Shown here piece by piece: positions 60,327 through 64,000 of a stretch of DNA of 64,000 bases (position 1 is the stretch's first letter; each line of letters opens with the position of its first letter). The notes beneath the pieces are model-generated. The model saw only the letters and a list, made by a program, of their open reading frames with translations. It had not been told where the DNA came from and searched no databases. Source of the stretch: Raja brachyura. Taxonomy: Eukaryota. The DNA lies in the NCBI GenBank assembly GCA_963514005.1, contig OY740813.1, forward strand, positions 9,238,001 through 9,302,000, read 5' to 3'. A program made the translations under genes and the position numbers.

Positions 60327-63300
60327 GTAAGTTTCATCAAACTCTCCATTATTTGCAAATTTTGGGAAAAGGACAAATGTTCCAATTGAGTTGCTCTCAA
60401 AGTGATTTGAGTGTCTGGATTTTACTGTCACAGGAGGAAGTTCTGTTTAGCTATGGAGGTAGTTGGTATGATGCGTGTTAAACAAGGAATCTGCCCATAA
60501 AAAAGTATTTAACTCGACAGAAATTGGTGCTTAGTAAGTGTTTCACTGGCTTGCAGGATGCCAGTATCATGCAGACAGTGAAAAGGATCTCTGATTTCAG
60601 ATCAAAGCCTTTTAGAAGGAGGTTTACTCCATCTAATCCACTAGGCATGTTTAATGAGAGTGCAGAAGTGAGTTGATTCTGTATTTAACTGGTCTTTTGA
60701 TAAATGCTGACCATCGATCACCCATTCACCCTAGTTCTCTGTCATCCCATTTTCACATCCATCTCCCTACATGAGTAGAAACAATGTAAGTGCAGATTAC
60801 AAAAGAAGACACAATGTGCTGGAGTAACTCCGTGGGTCGGGCAGCATCTCTGGAGAACATGGATAGGAGACTTTCAGGTTGGGACCCTCATCAGACACAA
60901 CCTGAAACGTCACCTATCCATGTTCTTCAGAGATGCTGGCTGAGTTACTCCAGCAATTTTTGTCCATTTTTGTAAACCACCATCTGCAGTCCCTTGTTTC
61001 CATAGTCCTTTGATAGAGTTTGTTTAAAAGAACAGTGAAATTGTATGTGCATGGAATGCTTCGATTATTAAGAATGGAAATGCGGTGATGTATAGAAGCA
61101 GATAAGTAGTTCTTCCAGCACTGTTTTTCTAAAGTAGAAAGGGTTCTTGGTTTTACAATTGAAACACTGTTAAAAAAAAAAAAAAAGTAAGACGTTGAAT
61201 TATATATGATGCTGTTACGTAGCAATTCTGCATTAATTAATCAACAAACATTAATTGATGAACCGCTGCAGAACAGGTTCCATATGATTCCTTCAGCTGA
61301 TTCTCTTTACCATCTCTCTCACACACTATTTTCTCCTTCACTCTTGCTCCCTCTCTGGTCTCTCGCTCCTTTTCAACAGCTGGGTGTTGTGCAAACTGAA
61401 GGCGGTCGTGTGAAAGGCACGTATAAAAAAGATGGATTTTTTGCATCCGTGGACATTTTCAGAGGAATTCCTTTTGCTGCCACCCCAAAGCGATTTGTGA
61501 AAGCTGAACCACACCCCGGATGGCCTGGTAACAAATTTCCTTTTTGTTTGCATTTTGCGATGCCTGTATAGTCTCGTAAAAATGGATACAATATTTCTTC
61601 AATATCCAGTCGGTGCGAGGGGAAAGCTGAGTAGAAGTCAGGGGCATTGGAAACTACCGTTCTTCTTTTACAAAGATTGCAAAATTAATCTCAATAGACA
61701 ACAGATGGGTTTTTTAATTTAGACTTGAGTTTGTGAGTGTTGCTGGCAATACCTGCATTTATTATGCTTGAGAAGATGTTGGCAAATCAACTGTTTGAAT
61801 CCTTGCAGTCCATATAGTCAGTATAATTTGGTGTAACTAAATGTCCATTTCAGAGGGCAATGTGTTAAAACATTCGTTTTTAAAAATCTGCTCCAAATAT
61901 TCACTAATAAGTTTGCTTTCTGCATTTGTTATTGATTTAGTTGATTTTGCTGATCTCTTGCCCTCCGCTATCACAAAGTCTACACTTTAAAACTCTTGTA
62001 AAGGCTCTTGATATTTTCTGAGGATCGTGAACAATCACTGTATTTTCTTTCCACTAACTTCTGGTGTTTATGTCATTACCAGATATCCTGACGACTAAAA
62101 AATTCAAACCCAGATGTTTCCAGACAACTTTGACTCAGGATTCTGTTTTTGGGAAAGAAGACTGTCTCTACCTGAATATTTGGGTCCCACATGGGAGCAA
62201 AGGTAAATGAAAGTCACAGGTTAAAATTGTATGCAACTAACATTCTCATGGTATTGATTGTAAAGGTGCATCAATTTTAGGAACGTGTCCCACTTTCTTT
62301 GCAGCCTTTCTTCCTTTTAAAATGTCCACAAAATAATATGTTTGTTTGGAAAGTTCTGTTGGTGTTGTGATGTCAAGTTTTTCCTACACTTGTGTAAAAT
62401 ACATGGTGCTGATCTTTGGCAGATCCAATTCTTCACATGGTAGACTTAAGATCCTTGTAATAAAATACCTTTAACCCAATTGCTATTCATCCACAGTTTC
62501 CATCAACTGCAGCAGGTCTTGTACCTTGCCTGACAAAGTGCCTGTATTTTGTGGCAACCCACAGGCACAGTTATATCACTGGTTGTGCCAGTGTGCCTCT
62601 CTTCACCTAAGTTTCAATACACTGAAAATATCCCAACATAAATACCAATTAATTTGAGTTTGCATCCACACTACAACTGGAAGTGTTTGAATGGATAGTG
62701 TGGAAGGAGCCTTATTACAACTTAACCTGTATCCCATCTGGGAATTTTAATGTTTAAGAAGGAACTGCAGATGCTGGAAAATCGAAGGTGGACAAAAAGT
62801 GCTGGAGAAACTCAGCGGGTGCAGCAGCATCTATGGAGCGAAGGAAATGGGCAACCTTTTCGGGCCGAAACCTTTCTTCAGCCTTCAGTAGTCTGAAGAA
62901 GGATTTCGGCCCGAAACGTTGCCTATTTCCTTCGCTCCATAGATGCTGCTGCACCCGCTGAGTTTCTCCAGCACCTTTGTCTACCTGGGAATTTTAATGG
63001 TTCACTGTAAAGGGAATTTTATTGTCTGTAAATTATGCTCTACCTGTCACAGTTTGACATTGATACAGCTAAAACAAAACAACCTTTTTTCACTACTAAA
63101 TGGAAATAAAATAATTGGAAATGCTGGAAAATTGAAACAAAAGCAAAACGTATCAGGAACATTCAGCCGGCGTCTATGGAAAAAGTGAAGGAAATATTTA
63201 ATGTCAAAGACCTGATACTGGCTCACCTGCTGAGTAATTCCAGCATTTTTGTATTTTGTAATAGTTCCACTGCGTATTCAGTAAGCTCTCTTGTAATAGT

Positions 63301-63907
63301 AATGATAGTAATGAACGAGGTCCATACTTTTATATAAACAGTGGGAGAATGATACAGCTGGTCGAGCCATTGCCTCACAGCACAGAGACCTAGTTAGATC
63401 CTGACCTTGGGTGCTGTCTGTGTGGAGTTTACATTTCCTTCCTGTGACTGCCTGGGTTTCCTCTGGGTGCCCCGGTTTCGTACAATGTCCCAAAGACATG
63501 TTGGTTTGCAGGTTGATTGACGCGTGTAAAATTTCCCCTAGTGTGTACAGTGTGGGATGAGAAAGTGGGATAACACAGAACTAGTGAAAACAGGTGATTG
63601 ATGACTAGCGTGGACCTGTTTCCATCTGTATCTCTTTTCTAAAAAACACCTAGTATTGATTTTAATCTGATCATACAATGAAAAAGCTCTCTTCACGTGT
63701 CTTCCTCAGTGTCCACCAATCTGCCTGTTATGATTTGGATCTTTGGAGGAGGTTTCTTGGTAGGAGCAGGGCACGGAGCCAACTTCCTGAATAACTATCT
63801 ATACGATGGGCTGGAGATTGCATCTCGAGGCAAAGTAATAGTCGTGACCTTCAACTATCGGGTTGGTCCTCTGGGGTTTCTGAGTACAGGTGATGCCAAT
63901 GCACCAG
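60258..63907 (+). CDS. CEL: Carboxyl ester lipase / bile-salt-activated lipase, exons 1-4 (gene continues beyond the window)
   Basis: Exons 60258-60326 (signal peptide), 61380-61527, 62083-62202, 63710-63907. Motifs LGVVQTEGG, VDIFRGIPFAA, EDCLYLNIWVP, PVMIWIFGGGF, GANFLNNYLYDG, VVTFNYRVGPLGFLSTGD. Lies directly downstream of GTF3C5, as in human. Confidence 0.95.
60790..61003. mobile_element. Penelope-derived fold-back in CEL intron 1
   Basis: gctggagtaactc..gcagcatctctggagaacatggatagg arm and cctatccatgttcttcagagatgctg..gagttactccagc arm. Confidence 0.75.
61380..61527 (+). CDS. CEL: CEL exon 2
   Basis: LGVVQTEGGRVKG..VDIFRGIPFAA..PHPGWP|gtaaca. Confidence 0.95.
62083..62202 (+). CDS. CEL: CEL exon 3
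   Basis: KKFKPRCFQTTLTQDSVFGKEDCLYLNIWVPHG..|gtaaat. Confidence 0.95.
62753..62984. mobile_element. Penelope-derived fold-back insertion (young) in CEL intron 3
   Basis: Inverted arms; 15-bp TSD CTGGGAATTTTAATG at 62738-62752 and 62985-62999. Confidence 0.88.
63345..63635 (+). mobile_element. tRNA-derived V-SINE (HE1-like)
   Basis: gcctcacagc..gatcctgaccttgggtgctgtctgtgtggagttt..tcccaaagac. Confidence 0.75.
63710..63907 (+). CDS. CEL: CEL exon 4
   Basis: LPVMIWIFGGGFLVG..NYRVGPLGFLSTGDANAP|gttagt. Confidence 0.96.
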
Positions 63908-64000
63908 GTTAGTGTTCAGACTCTTTTACTATCATTACTAGTTCCTCATCCTTATTTTTAATCTTCTCTTTGATTTAGCATTATAACTTCCCTAGGGCTA

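Noticed and set aside
3535-63255. Recurrent palindromic repeats as a CRISPR array or REP-like system
   Set aside because: Eukaryotic locus; the copies are dispersed, not regularly spaced, and are linked to a Penelope endonuclease remnant.
63734-63760. CEL oxyanion loop GGGF instead of mammalian GGAF
   Set aside because: GGGF is the common carboxylesterase-family form, so it is not unusual.

Overview
Vertebrate nuclear DNA. The repeat families (Penelope-like fold-backs, CR1, Rex1/Babar-type LINEs, V-SINE and Deu-SINE relics) suggest a cartilaginous fish, probably a skate or ray; this is inference. Three intron-containing genes lie in tandem on the + strand. TSC1 (hamartin) has 21 coding exons at 3811-37239 and encodes about 1168 aa. 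GTF3C5 (TFIIIC63) has 11 coding exons at 41360-54873 and encodes about 539 aa. CEL (bile-salt-activated lipase) is represented by its first four exons, from 60258 to the window end. All exon borders were read by hand as GT-AG with consistent phases. The most notable non-genic signals are: (i) about two dozen Penelope-derived fold-back insertions, several with target-site duplications (TSDs) and a hammerhead-ribozyme-like core whose stem II is kept across subfamilies; (ii) three intact non-autonomous DNA transposons, one carrying a nested ~690-bp palindrome just upstream of a GTF3C5 acceptor; (iii) a 36-bp motif duplicated upstream of CEL that resembles no transposable element (TE) seen here; (iv) gene order differing from human, with no GFI1B between TSC1 and GTF3C5. 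No convincing wholly novel protein-coding system was found. Repeat boundaries are approximate unless TSDs are given, and human comparisons are from memory.
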